The notes below the pieces were generated by a model. It searched no databases, was not told the origin of the DNA, and saw only the letters and a program-made list of their open reading frames with translations. The position numbers were made by a program, and so were the translations under genes. Positions 35,472-42,460 of a DNA stretch of 42,460 nucleotides are shown here, piece after piece. The stretch is from a virus (taxonomy: Duplodnaviria > Caudoviricetes), in the IMG/VR virus record IMGVR_UViG_3300049381_000006, positions 1 to 42,460 of that record; one strand, 5' to 3'. How positions within the stretch are numbered: position 1 is the stretch's first letter; every line of letters begins with the position of its first letter.

Positions 35472-35959
35472 TCGCTGGTCACTCCATAGGCCTCGATCAT
35501 CAGTTGGAACACGTCGGCCATCAGCCACGCCCTCGCCTCAGCCTCAGCGTTCTCGTACTGTTTACCGACCACCTGCCCGCACATGTCCACGAGCTTCCGG
35601 TCGACCGCGCACCGCCGCAGGACCTTCGCCGGGTCATGCCTGACGATGTGGACCGCCGCAGCAGCCTTCACCTCCTCGGCGCTGCCGCCAGGGAACGACG
35701 GCAGCCCTCGGACATCCCAGCTCAACTGGTACCGCTCCTCGCTGCGCAGGGACACCCCGACGGAACCGCACACCGGGCACTCCACGAACTCGTCGACGAC
35801 CGGATCGGGCTCGATCACGGTGTCGCACTCGCAACACTCCCAGCGCCAGTGCTCACCCGTCGGAGTGCCCGGTTCGCTCGTCTGCGATGCGGCAACCGCC
35901 CACGCCGCAGTCTCGTCGATCGCCGCCCGAAGCCGGTCGATGCGCCTCATCTCGCTCAC
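35468..35959 (-). CDS. DUF6221-like protein with inserted zinc ribbon
   Basis: RLRAAIDE...CCEC...CPVCGS...HIVRHDPAKVLRRC..DRK. Confidence 0.75.
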   Translation of the reverse strand: MSEMRRIDRLRAAIDETAAWAVAASQTSEPGTPTGEHWRWECCECDTVIEPDPVVDEFVECPVCGSVGVSLRSEERYQLSWDVRGLPSFPGGSAEEVKAAAAVHIVRHDPAKVLRRCAVDRKLVDMCGQVVGKQYENAEAEARAWLMADVFQLMIEAYGVTSE

Positions 35960-36213
35960 CACGGGTGCACCTCCACGGTCATCTTCGCCTTGTCGAACGC
36001 CGAACCCAACACGGGCGGTTGCAGGTCGCGCCACGCCTTCGCCAGCAACGGCCGGACGACCGCCCGCATGCTCGCGCCGTCGATCCGGTCCTCCCGGGTG
36101 AGCCGACACCTGTTGATCATGATCTCCGGGTGCGTCTCGAAGTCGAGCAGAACCAACCCGAACGGGTCATCCTTGAGCCGCTCCCGAAGCCGCTCAAGCT
36201 CCACCCCGTTCAT
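35956..36213 (-). CDS. Hypothetical protein
   Basis: ATGA/GTGA coupling on both sides. Confidence 0.6.
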   Translation of the reverse strand: MNGVELERLRERLKDDPFGLVLLDFETHPEIMINRCRLTREDRIDGASMRAVVRPLLAKAWRDLQPPVLGSAFDKAKMTVEVHPW

Positions 36214-36608
36214 ACCGGGTTGACCCATCCCGTGAGCAGCGGAACCGCACCCGGGCTGCCGTGGACCGGGCAACCCGCCGAACTGCCGGGCAGGTAAACC
36301 CTCTTGCCGGCCGCGAGCTCGGCCATCGACGTCACCTCCAACATTGGGCAGGTGCAGCCGTCGCTTTCCCCAGGTCTGACGGGTCCCGTGGGCTGTGACC
36401 CGCCTGACGGGTTGACGCACACGCTGCCGTCGGCATGGGTCATCGTCGCCAGGTTGATCGCCGCGTCGCTGGCGCACAGGGCTCGCATGCACCGCACGCA
36501 GCTGAGTGTCGTCCACCGGCCGCAGCCGTCGCCCTGGCACGGCTTCTTCAGGCTGGGTGCGGATCTGACCGGTCGTGTGTGCCAGGCCTCGTCGCGTGGG
36601 TGGCTCAT
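36210..36608 (-). CDS. Cys-rich hypothetical protein
   Basis: Multiple Cys clusters (C...C, CVRC, CTCP, CPVH); AAGGAG RBS. Confidence 0.65.
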   Translation of the reverse strand: MSHPRDEAWHTRPVRSAPSLKKPCQGDGCGRWTTLSCVRCMRALCASDAAINLATMTHADGSVCVNPSGGSQPTGPVRPGESDGCTCPMLEVTSMAELAAGKRVYLPGSSAGCPVHGSPGAVPLLTGWVNPV

Positions 36609-37048
36609 GTCTGGGTCTCCTTGCCGGTGACGGGGTCGATGACGTCGATCAGGTATGCGGTGTTGCCCTGGTACACCCGCTCCCACGCGGCCTTGAACGC
36701 GGCGAACTCCTCGGCGGTGAGCGGTTCGGTGGTGGAGATGAGCCCGGTGGGGTTGGGCTGCCAACTCATGCCGCAGGCGCAGTCGTGCGAGGTGTGTTTG
36801 GTGGCCCGGTGGGTGCACCGGTGCTCGTGCTTGCCGGGTGCGAAGAAGTCCACCGGCGGGAAGGTCTCCTCGCACGGGCCGGGGTCGTGGTGGGTGAGCC
36901 ACCTGTGGACGGGAATCCAGATCGCGACGGCAGCGAGAGCGAGGATCGCGGCGTGGAGCCCGTTGGGTTCGCCGAGGATTTCGGCAGGAGTGTAGAGCGC
37001 GGCGTAGATCCCAAGCGTGCCAATGAACCAGCCCAGCATGGACTTCAC
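36605..37048 (-). CDS. Two-TM protein with a Cys/His finger and a C-terminal portal-clip-like segment
   Basis: Two N-terminal TMs; H.C.H...H..H.C.C; PTGLISTTEPLTAEEFAAFKAAWERVYQG; GGAGG RBS. Confidence 0.7.
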   Translation of the reverse strand: MKSMLGWFIGTLGIYAALYTPAEILGEPNGLHAAILALAAVAIWIPVHRWLTHHDPGPCEETFPPVDFFAPGKHEHRCTHRATKHTSHDCACGMSWQPNPTGLISTTEPLTAEEFAAFKAAWERVYQGNTAYLIDVIDPVTGKETQT

Positions 37049-37437
37049 GGCTTGCCGCCTCCCTTCGCTTTGACGTGGGCTTGCATGGCGAGCAGGAGTT
37101 CGAACGGGTTGTCGGAGCGGAGTTGCCCGGCGAAGTCGGCTCGGGCGGTGGCGATCGCCCGGGTCATCTCGGTCTGGACCCGGTCGAGGGCTGCGACCGT
37201 GTAGAGCCAGGTGGTGATCGCCGCACCTCGGATGAGGGTTTCGTCGGAGGGTCGGAGTTCGGCGGGTGCGCCTTTGGGGATCTCGCCGCCGAGGAGGATC
37301 CGGGCGACCGCGAGTTGTGCGGCGTCGGCGGCGATGGCGGCGAGCTGGTCGAGGTGGACGGTGTCGTCGGTGAGGTCGGGCCACGCTTCGGTAAGCGCGG
37401 CTTTGACGGCGTCGACGACGCGGGAGTCTGCGCTCAT
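37045..37437 (-). CDS. Hypothetical protein
   Basis: Coupled overlaps; helical. Confidence 0.65.
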   Translation of the reverse strand: MSADSRVVDAVKAALTEAWPDLTDDTVHLDQLAAIAADAAQLAVARILLGGEIPKGAPAELRPSDETLIRGAAITTWLYTVAALDRVQTEMTRAIATARADFAGQLRSDNPFELLLAMQAHVKAKGGGKP

Positions 37438-37754
37438 CGCGGGCTGCCGTTGATGAGTGCCTCGATGAGCCGGTCGACGCGTCCGCGCTCATGCAGGTAG
37501 TCCTCGCGGATGCCGCGTACAGCGTTGGTGCCGCCGTAGTGGTCGGCAAGGGCGTCGAGGAGCGCGCGCGCCATGCCGTCGGTGAGACGGAGGCACGGCT
37601 CGGTGTCGACACCCTCAGGTGCGGGGGTGATGGTGAGCTGCATGGGCTGGACGGTGCCGAATACGCCGGCTCCGTTTTCCATGCCGAGTCGGATGGCGAC
37701 ACCTGCGCGGACGAAGTCGGGTTCGATGCTGGCACGGTACGGCGTGGCGGTCAT
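37434..37754 (-). CDS. Hypothetical protein
   Basis: GGAG RBS, ATGA coupling. Confidence 0.7.
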   Translation of the reverse strand: MTATPYRASIEPDFVRAGVAIRLGMENGAGVFGTVQPMQLTITPAPEGVDTEPCLRLTDGMARALLDALADHYGGTNAVRGIREDYLHERGRVDRLIEALINGSPR

Positions 37755-38473
37755 TTGGCTGCTCCGGGGTGTTGTGGGCGGCGGGGTCGGATCGGCCACG
37801 ACCCGTCTTCGTCGTCGAGCGGGTCGCCGATCTTGCGTCGGTACGCGGCGAAGCTGGCGGTTTGCTCGGCCGCCCACCGGACCTGCCGTGCGTGGAGTTC
37901 ATGCGGGTCGATCTGCAGTTCCGGGTACCGTGCTGCGATCTTGTACGCGACCCGTAGCGCGCCCAACGCGTCGGAGGTGGATTCGTGGGCGTTGTCGATC
38001 CGCGCCCCGTAGCGGGCGCACAGGTCGGTGAGCTTCCGGCCGCCGCGCCGGTACTGGTCGACGACCTTGTCGAGGACCCGGACGTCGATGACCGGCCGCA
38101 GTTCCATGCCACTGCTGAACGGCATCCAGTGCGACAGCGGCGGGTGCCCGTGCCGGGTCAGTTCCCGGTCGAGCATGGTGATGTCGAACGGCGCGTTCAT
38201 CATGACGATGGGTGTGCCGGCGGCCACGATGTCGGCGAGGATCTGCGTGATCTCGGCGACGGCGGTGGCGCCTTCGGGGATGTGGACGCCGGGGTTGACG
38301 AGCCATTCGCGGGTGTCGACTGCGCGTGCCGTGCCTTCAGCAGCCGGGGTGATGGTGATGATGCTCGCGGTGACGATGCGGTCTTGTTCGGTGTCGACCC
38401 CGGTGGTTTCGAGGTCGAGGCTGGCGAGGGGTCCTTTGTGCCAGGCGATGCGGGGTGGGGCGATTGTCGTCAT
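37751..38473 (-). CDS. DnaQ-like DEDDh 3'-5' exonuclease (apparent internal deletion)
   Basis: ExoI LDLETTG, ExoII NAPFD, ExoIII AHESTSD. Confidence 0.9.
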   Translation of the reverse strand: MTTIAPPRIAWHKGPLASLDLETTGVDTEQDRIVTASIITITPAAEGTARAVDTREWLVNPGVHIPEGATAVAEITQILADIVAAGTPIVMMNAPFDITMLDRELTRHGHPPLSHWMPFSSGMELRPVIDVRVLDKVVDQYRRGGRKLTDLCARYGARIDNAHESTSDALGALRVAYKIAARYPELQIDPHELHARQVRWAAEQTASFAAYRRKIGDPLDDEDGSWPIRPRRPQHPGAAK

Positions 38474-38643
38474 CGTGCGCTCGCTTCCTCGGGTTCGGTG
38501 CCGGGATTCGGCTTGGACGGTGACCGTCGCGTGGTCGGTGTGGTGTCGGTGTGCTTGGGCAGGCTGGCGGCAGCGAGGTAAAGCGGCACCCCGTACCAGG
38601 CGACGATGAACGCGGTGAGCCCCGCCGTCTCCCAGCCGCTCAC
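38470..38643 (-). CDS. Small single-TM protein (57 aa; not in the ORF track)
   Basis: MSGWETAGLTAFIVAWYGVPLYLAAASL...; GTGA and ATGA overlaps with neighbours. Confidence 0.6.
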   Translation of the reverse strand: MSGWETAGLTAFIVAWYGVPLYLAAASLPKHTDTTPTTRRSPSKPNPGTEPEEASAR

Positions 38644-38942
38644 TTCGGCTCTCCGGTGATGTCCTCGGCAGCGCGTCCGGCCTGCTGTTTGACCCAGGTC
38701 CCGGCCCAGTGCATCCCGGACCGGAACAGTCCTTGGTCCTGCCGTGATGCGAGGTCGAGGACTTCGCCGGCAACGACCAGCCGCTCATCCCGCGCGATGA
38801 TCGGCCGCATGGCGTCGTACGCGGCGGCGGCCATGTCCGGCCAGTCGGCTTCGTAGTTGCTGGCGGCAGCGGCCTCGCCGATCGCGCGCCCGCCCGCCTC
38901 GATGGCCTCGGACCTGACCGCCTCGTTCTCGGTGCCGCTCAT
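38640..38942 (-). CDS. Hypothetical protein
   Basis: GGAGG RBS, ATGA coupling. Confidence 0.65.
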   Translation of the reverse strand: MSGTENEAVRSEAIEAGGRAIGEAAAASNYEADWPDMAAAAYDAMRPIIARDERLVVAGEVLDLASRQDQGLFRSGMHWAGTWVKQQAGRAAEDITGEPK

Positions 38943-39313
38943 CGGTTCCTCCAAACGTGGACCTCGTCGATGACCGTCAGGTGCGGTTCGGCACCCCGCA
39001 TCTCGATGCTGCTCACATGCGGCGTGACGTCGACTCCGCCGATCCGGACCTGCGTCGGCGTGAACCGGGCGCGGGTGTTGTCGAGCACGAAGGCCCACGC
39101 CTCGTCGGTGGTGATCCAGGGCGACCCTGCGGTTCGGGTCTGCCCGTCGTCGGGTGTCCACCGCATGGCGTCGCCGCTGACGGCGTAGTCCTCGATCGCG
39201 CCGTCGATGAGCGCGAGGATGTCGGCCTCAGCCACAACGGCCCCGCCGCCTACCGCCATTTCGTCCCCAGAGCCCCCACGGCCCTCGTGCGTGGAATTCG
39301 GCGTCTGGCTCAC
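38939..39313 (-). CDS. Mosaic hypothetical protein
   Basis: GGAGG RBS; SGDAMRWTP motif; ends RGAEPHLTVIDEVHVW. Confidence 0.65.
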   Translation of the reverse strand: MSQTPNSTHEGRGGSGDEMAVGGGAVVAEADILALIDGAIEDYAVSGDAMRWTPDDGQTRTAGSPWITTDEAWAFVLDNTRARFTPTQVRIGGVDVTPHVSSIEMRGAEPHLTVIDEVHVWRNR

Positions 39314-39852
39314 TTCGCGACCTCCTGGACGCTCTCAGCGGGTTTCGGGTTGGTCACGACCGTCAGCCGGTCCTCGATCAGCTTGAGCCGCACGGCCGGG
39401 CTGGTGCCGAGGACGCTGTCGGGGCGGATCTCCCGGCACAGGGCGAGCACGTCGGCCACCTGCTCGCGGAGGGCTGCGGCCGTGGCCCGCAGCGAGTCGG
39501 CAGCCGCCATGACGCCTTCGGCGAACGCCTTCTGGTCGTCGAGCCGCACCCGGACCTCGGCGGTCTCCCGCTGGGCGTCCCGTGCCTGCCGCGCGAACTG
39601 GTCCTTGATCGCGTGGAGCAGCGCGACGTCCTCGGGCGACTCCCACCCGAGTTCGCGGAGGCAGGTGACGGCGGCCTGCGCGTCGTCCTCGATGCGCGAG
39701 CGCGGCCCGGGGTAGAGCGATCCGAGGCTCGCCCCGCCCAGCGCCCGTGCGATCGCTTCGGCAACCGCCTCGACGGGACCGGCGCCAACCGGAGTTGCAG
39801 CGTCGGCCATCGGTTCCAAGCCGATGGCCGGTTTCGTTGGAAGGTCGCTCAT
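39310..39852 (-). CDS. Coiled-coil hypothetical protein
   Basis: VEAVAEAIAR...heptad region; coupled. Confidence 0.65.
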   Translation of the reverse strand: MSDLPTKPAIGLEPMADAATPVGAGPVEAVAEAIARALGGASLGSLYPGPRSRIEDDAQAAVTCLRELGWESPEDVALLHAIKDQFARQARDAQRETAEVRVRLDDQKAFAEGVMAAADSLRATAAALREQVADVLALCREIRPDSVLGTSPAVRLKLIEDRLTVVTNPKPAESVQEVAK

Positions 39853-40022
39853 GCCTTCGCCGCCTTTCGCTCCACGCCCGTGACGTGCCGTGCAGCCCAC
39901 GCCTCCGCGTCCGCCCGACCCAGGTACACGCGGCCCCGCTTGCCGCAGTCGCACAGCCACCGGTGTCCGTTGAGTCCGCCGGTGGTGGTGCCGGGCTTGA
40001 CGCGGGTCACGTGGGCGGTCAC
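39849..40022 (-). CDS. Small zinc-finger-like protein (57 aa; not in the ORF track)
   Basis: H...HRWLCDCGKRG...A...AARH; fills the gap with GTGA/ATGA overlaps. Confidence 0.6.
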   Translation of the reverse strand: MTAHVTRVKPGTTTGGLNGHRWLCDCGKRGRVYLGRADAEAWAARHVTGVERKAAKA

Positions 40023-40225
40023 CGGATCACGTCCAGGTCCACGGCGGGCAGCCCTTCGGCCGCGAGTTCGGCCGCTTTCGCGAGAGCCTTGCGCGCCTCG
40101 TGGCCGTAGAAGCGCGGGCTGTCGTGGGTCGAGTGGTTGTGGACCCAGGTGGCAGTGATGGGCGAGGACGCGGTTCGGATGCCGCCCTCGGTCTCGACGG
40201 TGATGGTGACGCGGATCGTGCTCAT
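40019..40225 (-). CDS. Hypothetical protein
   Basis: GGAG RBS, ATGA coupling. Confidence 0.6.
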   Translation of the reverse strand: MSTIRVTITVETEGGIRTASSPITATWVHNHSTHDSPRFYGHEARKALAKAAELAAEGLPAVDLDVIR

Positions 40226-40362
40226 CGAGGTGGCTCCAAGGTTTCGGGCTTGAGCGGTGGGCAGGTGTCGTGCGGGTGCGGGCACGGCGGGTCGTGCGGG
40301 TCGTGGCCGTGGTCGAGCAGGAACCGGGCGGCCACCCAGGCCTCGCAGGCGGCGAAGGTCAC
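40222..40362 (-). CDS. Small His/Pro-rich protein (46 aa)
   Basis: GTGA overlap with the methyltransferase stop. Confidence 0.45.
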   Translation of the reverse strand: MTFAACEAWVAARFLLDHGHDPHDPPCPHPHDTCPPLKPETLEPPR

Positions 40363-41114
40363 GGCGTCACCGCGAGCGGGAGCATCTGCTCCTGCAGCCG
40401 GGTCGCGATCCGCTCGCAGTACGCCTCGTCGGCCTCGATGAGCACGGCGCGACGCCCCGACAGTCGGCACGCGACGGCGGTCGACCCGGAACCCGCGAAC
40501 GGGTCAAGCACGGTCCCGCCGGGCGGGCAGGCGTAGCGGATCAGTGGGTCGAGGAGGCCGACGGGCTTCTCGGTCGGGTGGATGGCCTTGTGGTGCATGG
40601 ACCGGACGCTGATGATCGATGTCTGGAGGCGGGTCCCGTCATCGGTCCAGTCGCCGCCCTTAGCTGTCCCGCGCTGGGCGTTGGCTCTGTTGCCCTGCTT
40701 GATGACGCGCCCGCGATAGACGACTCCGGTGGTGACGCGCTGCGCCTCGTGGTGAGTGTCCCGCCACCGCCCCCGATACCAGTGGAGGGCGTACTCGTGG
40801 ATACGGCGGAACCGGTCGGCATCGGGACCGGTCGGGTTGTGCTTCTCCCAGATCACATCCTGGGAGAGCTTCCAGCCCGCGAACTGCTCGCTGCGGGCGA
40901 GGTACATCCGCATCGACCCGAAGCACCACAGCGACGAGGCGACGGTGGCGGCGACGTCGGGCCACCCGTCGGGCCATCGGTCCCAGGCCAGGTTGGTCTC
41001 CTGGTAGGGCGGGTCGGCGAGCACGAGGTCGGCGGTGAGGCCGAGCGCGGGGATCAGCTCCCGCATGTCGCCCAGGTGGAGCGTCACCGTGTCGTCGGCG
41101 TAGTAAGCGCTCAC
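40359..41114 (-). CDS. Orphan N4-C/N6-A DNA methyltransferase (beta class)
   Basis: DPPY before HPTEKP and VLDPFAGSGST; GAGGAG RBS. Confidence 0.93.
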   Translation of the reverse strand: MSAYYADDTVTLHLGDMRELIPALGLTADLVLADPPYQETNLAWDRWPDGWPDVAATVASSLWCFGSMRMYLARSEQFAGWKLSQDVIWEKHNPTGPDADRFRRIHEYALHWYRGRWRDTHHEAQRVTTGVVYRGRVIKQGNRANAQRGTAKGGDWTDDGTRLQTSIISVRSMHHKAIHPTEKPVGLLDPLIRYACPPGGTVLDPFAGSGSTAVACRLSGRRAVLIEADEAYCERIATRLQEQMLPLAVTP

Positions 41115-41193
41115 GGCGTCTCCTCGGTCGTGTGGCTGTCGCGGAGGCCGGACGTCATCGCGACGTCCACGTCGGTGAAGCGGGGCAGGGCGG

Positions 41194-41493
41194 TCACGAC
41201 GCCACGCATCCGCAGGTCGTGCAGCGGAAGCCTGCCGGCGGCTCGCCCTTGCACGCCTCGCACTGGAACGGCGCGAGCAGTGTCGTCGGCGGCACCCCGA
41301 ATGCCTCGGCCACGGCCACGAGGAGGTCGATCCCCGGGTCGACACGGTGGCCCGTTTCGAGGACCGCGAGCCCGGCGCGGCTCATCGAGCACCCCGCCTC
41401 GGTGATCATGTTGGCCAAGGTCGCCTGGGTCAGGCCGCGTGCCGCGCGCAGTTGGCGGACGTTCGCGGTGAAGATCTCGCTGGGCTTGAGCAT
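41194..41493 (-). CDS. XRE-family HTH regulator with C-terminal zinc ribbon
   Basis: VRQLRAARGLTQATLA...LETG...A.AFGV; CEAC...CTTC. Confidence 0.88.
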   Translation of the reverse strand: MLKPSEIFTANVRQLRAARGLTQATLANMITEAGCSMSRAGLAVLETGHRVDPGIDLLVAVAEAFGVPPTTLLAPFQCEACKGEPPAGFRCTTCGCVAS

Positions 41494-42254
41494 CAGGACT
41501 CCTTCGGGGTGCGACGACGGTCAACGCCGGCCAGCACGACACGGCGGCAGCACTCGACGAGGCGGGAAGCGATCCGGTCGCCGACGGCATCGCGGAGCGC
41601 GCTCGGGTCGAGGTTGGTGGTGAAGATCGTCGGGAGCATCGCCTCGTACCGGGCGTTGATCAGCCGGTACAGGTGGTCCTCGACCCACTCCGACGACCGG
41701 GCCGCCCCGAGGTCGTCGAGGACGAACAGCTCGACGGAGCGGTTGAGTTTGAGCGTGGCCTCCGGGTCGCGGTCGCCACCGGGGCGCATCTCCGCGTTGA
41801 GGTCGGCCATCGTCATCGCCCGCCACCGCGGCGTCGACCACGAATCGGTCTCCTCGTCGTGGCGGGCCTCGGTGACGGCGGCCCGGAGCGCCCCGTACGC
41901 CTGGTACGTCTTGCCGGTGCCGGTCTTGCCGAGCAGGAGCAGGCCTTCCGCCTCGTCGCCGCGCTCCCGCTTCAGGAAGCCCTCGACCCACGCCAGGACC
42001 TCGGGCAGGTCGGCGACGGCGTTGCGGTACCGGACCGGGAATTCCTGGTCGCAGCGGCGGTTCGCCGTGCCGACCTCGTAGGCGTGCCGACGGGCACGGT
42101 CGTCGGCGACGACGGCATCGCGGCACGGTGTGCAGAACCCGACCTTCTCGCCGGGGTGGGTGTCGCAGCCCGGCGCTTCGGCCATGCGGGCAAGGCGGTC
42201 GGCAGCCATGCGCTGGAGGCGCTCGCTGAACGGGGTTGCCAATGCTGTTTCCAT
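41493..42254 (-). CDS. DnaC/IstB-like AAA+ helicase loader
   Basis: GKTGTGKT, LFVLDDLGA, INARY...PTIFTTN, GDRIASRL, G.DRR. Confidence 0.92.
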   Translation of the reverse strand: METALATPFSERLQRMAADRLARMAEAPGCDTHPGEKVGFCTPCRDAVVADDRARRHAYEVGTANRRCDQEFPVRYRNAVADLPEVLAWVEGFLKRERGDEAEGLLLLGKTGTGKTYQAYGALRAAVTEARHDEETDSWSTPRWRAMTMADLNAEMRPGGDRDPEATLKLNRSVELFVLDDLGAARSSEWVEDHLYRLINARYEAMLPTIFTTNLDPSALRDAVGDRIASRLVECCRRVVLAGVDRRRTPKES

Positions 42255-42256
42255 GA

Positions 42257-42460
42257 TCAGAGATCTCCGTAATAGACCGAGTCGTCTTCGGGGTTCTTGA
42301 AGGCTTGGTGTCCGCTCGGCGACACGCGGGCTGCGGAATCGGTGGGCTTGAGCCCGTCCTTCCACCGGTGCTGGTTGAGCCAGGTCGCGAAGTACGGGAT
42401 GAACTTGGGCTGGGTGCCGCGGGCCTTCTCGTAGGCGAGGTAGGCGCGGATCGCGGCGAG
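42257..42460 (-). CDS. C-terminal part of a phage replication initiator (partial, runs off the window)
   Basis: Translates LAAIRAYLAYEKARGTQPKFIPYFATWLNQHRWKD...; P..ATWLN..RW.D motif; lies upstream of the DnaC-like gene. Confidence 0.8.
   Translation of the reverse strand, partial: LAAIRAYLAYEKARGTQPKFIPYFATWLNQHRWKDGLKPTDSAARVSPSGHQAFKNPEDDSVYYGDL

Larger units (their letters stand above)
1..42460. mobile_element. Actinobacterial siphovirus/prophage (ends not in the window)
   Basis: Complete head-tail-lysis module plus replication genes; no host housekeeping genes recognised. Confidence 0.93.

Noticed and set aside
36585-36608. MSHPRDEAW as a fourth RDxxG[RK]F tag
   Set aside because: Lacks the G-[RK]-aromatic part of the motif.
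41111-41197. 28-aa ORF bridging the XRE and methyltransferase genes
   Set aside because: Coupled overlaps exist, but it is too short and featureless to support as a gene.
1-42460. Integrase, att sites, tRNA genes, CRISPR arrays, diversity-generating retroelement
   Set aside because: No recombinase or reverse transcriptase motifs, cloverleaf, spaced direct repeats or adenine-specific TR/VR pair were recognised; the portal-like copy differs at non-adenine and synonymous sites.

Overview
This is a GC-rich actinobacterial temperate siphovirus or prophage segment; the gene families suggest a filamentous actinomycete host such as Micromonosporaceae (inference). Nearly all real genes lie on the - strand and are translationally coupled through ATGA/GTGA overlaps. 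Read right to left, they are: replication initiator (partial), DnaC-like loader, XRE regulator, N4/N6 DNA methyltransferase, DnaQ-like exonuclease, about 25 small accessory genes (including four DUF6221-like paralogs), TerS-like gene, TerL, portal-MuF fusion, a 1063-aa cargo/2H-phosphoesterase/ClpP fusion, HK97 capsid, head decoration proteins, head-tail proteins, two tail-tube paralogs, a frameshifting tail chaperone, tape measure, minor tail proteins and a lysis cassette. A convergent + strand island at the left end starts with a polynucleotide kinase/phosphatase. Two things stand out. (1) At least six small accessory genes carry isolated pieces resembling this phage's structural proteins: portal clip twice, a 14/19-identical portal segment, and the HK97 capsid A-domain three times, with weaker portal-wing and terminase Walker-B matches. 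This is a candidate set of decoys for structure-sensing immunity or assembly modulators. (2) The prohead protease carries RDxxG[RQ][FW]-headed cargo domains and an Acb1-like 2H phosphoesterase, a candidate virion-packaged effector polyprotein. All homology calls were made by eye from motifs; no database searches were run. No integrase, att site, tRNA or CRISPR array was recognised.
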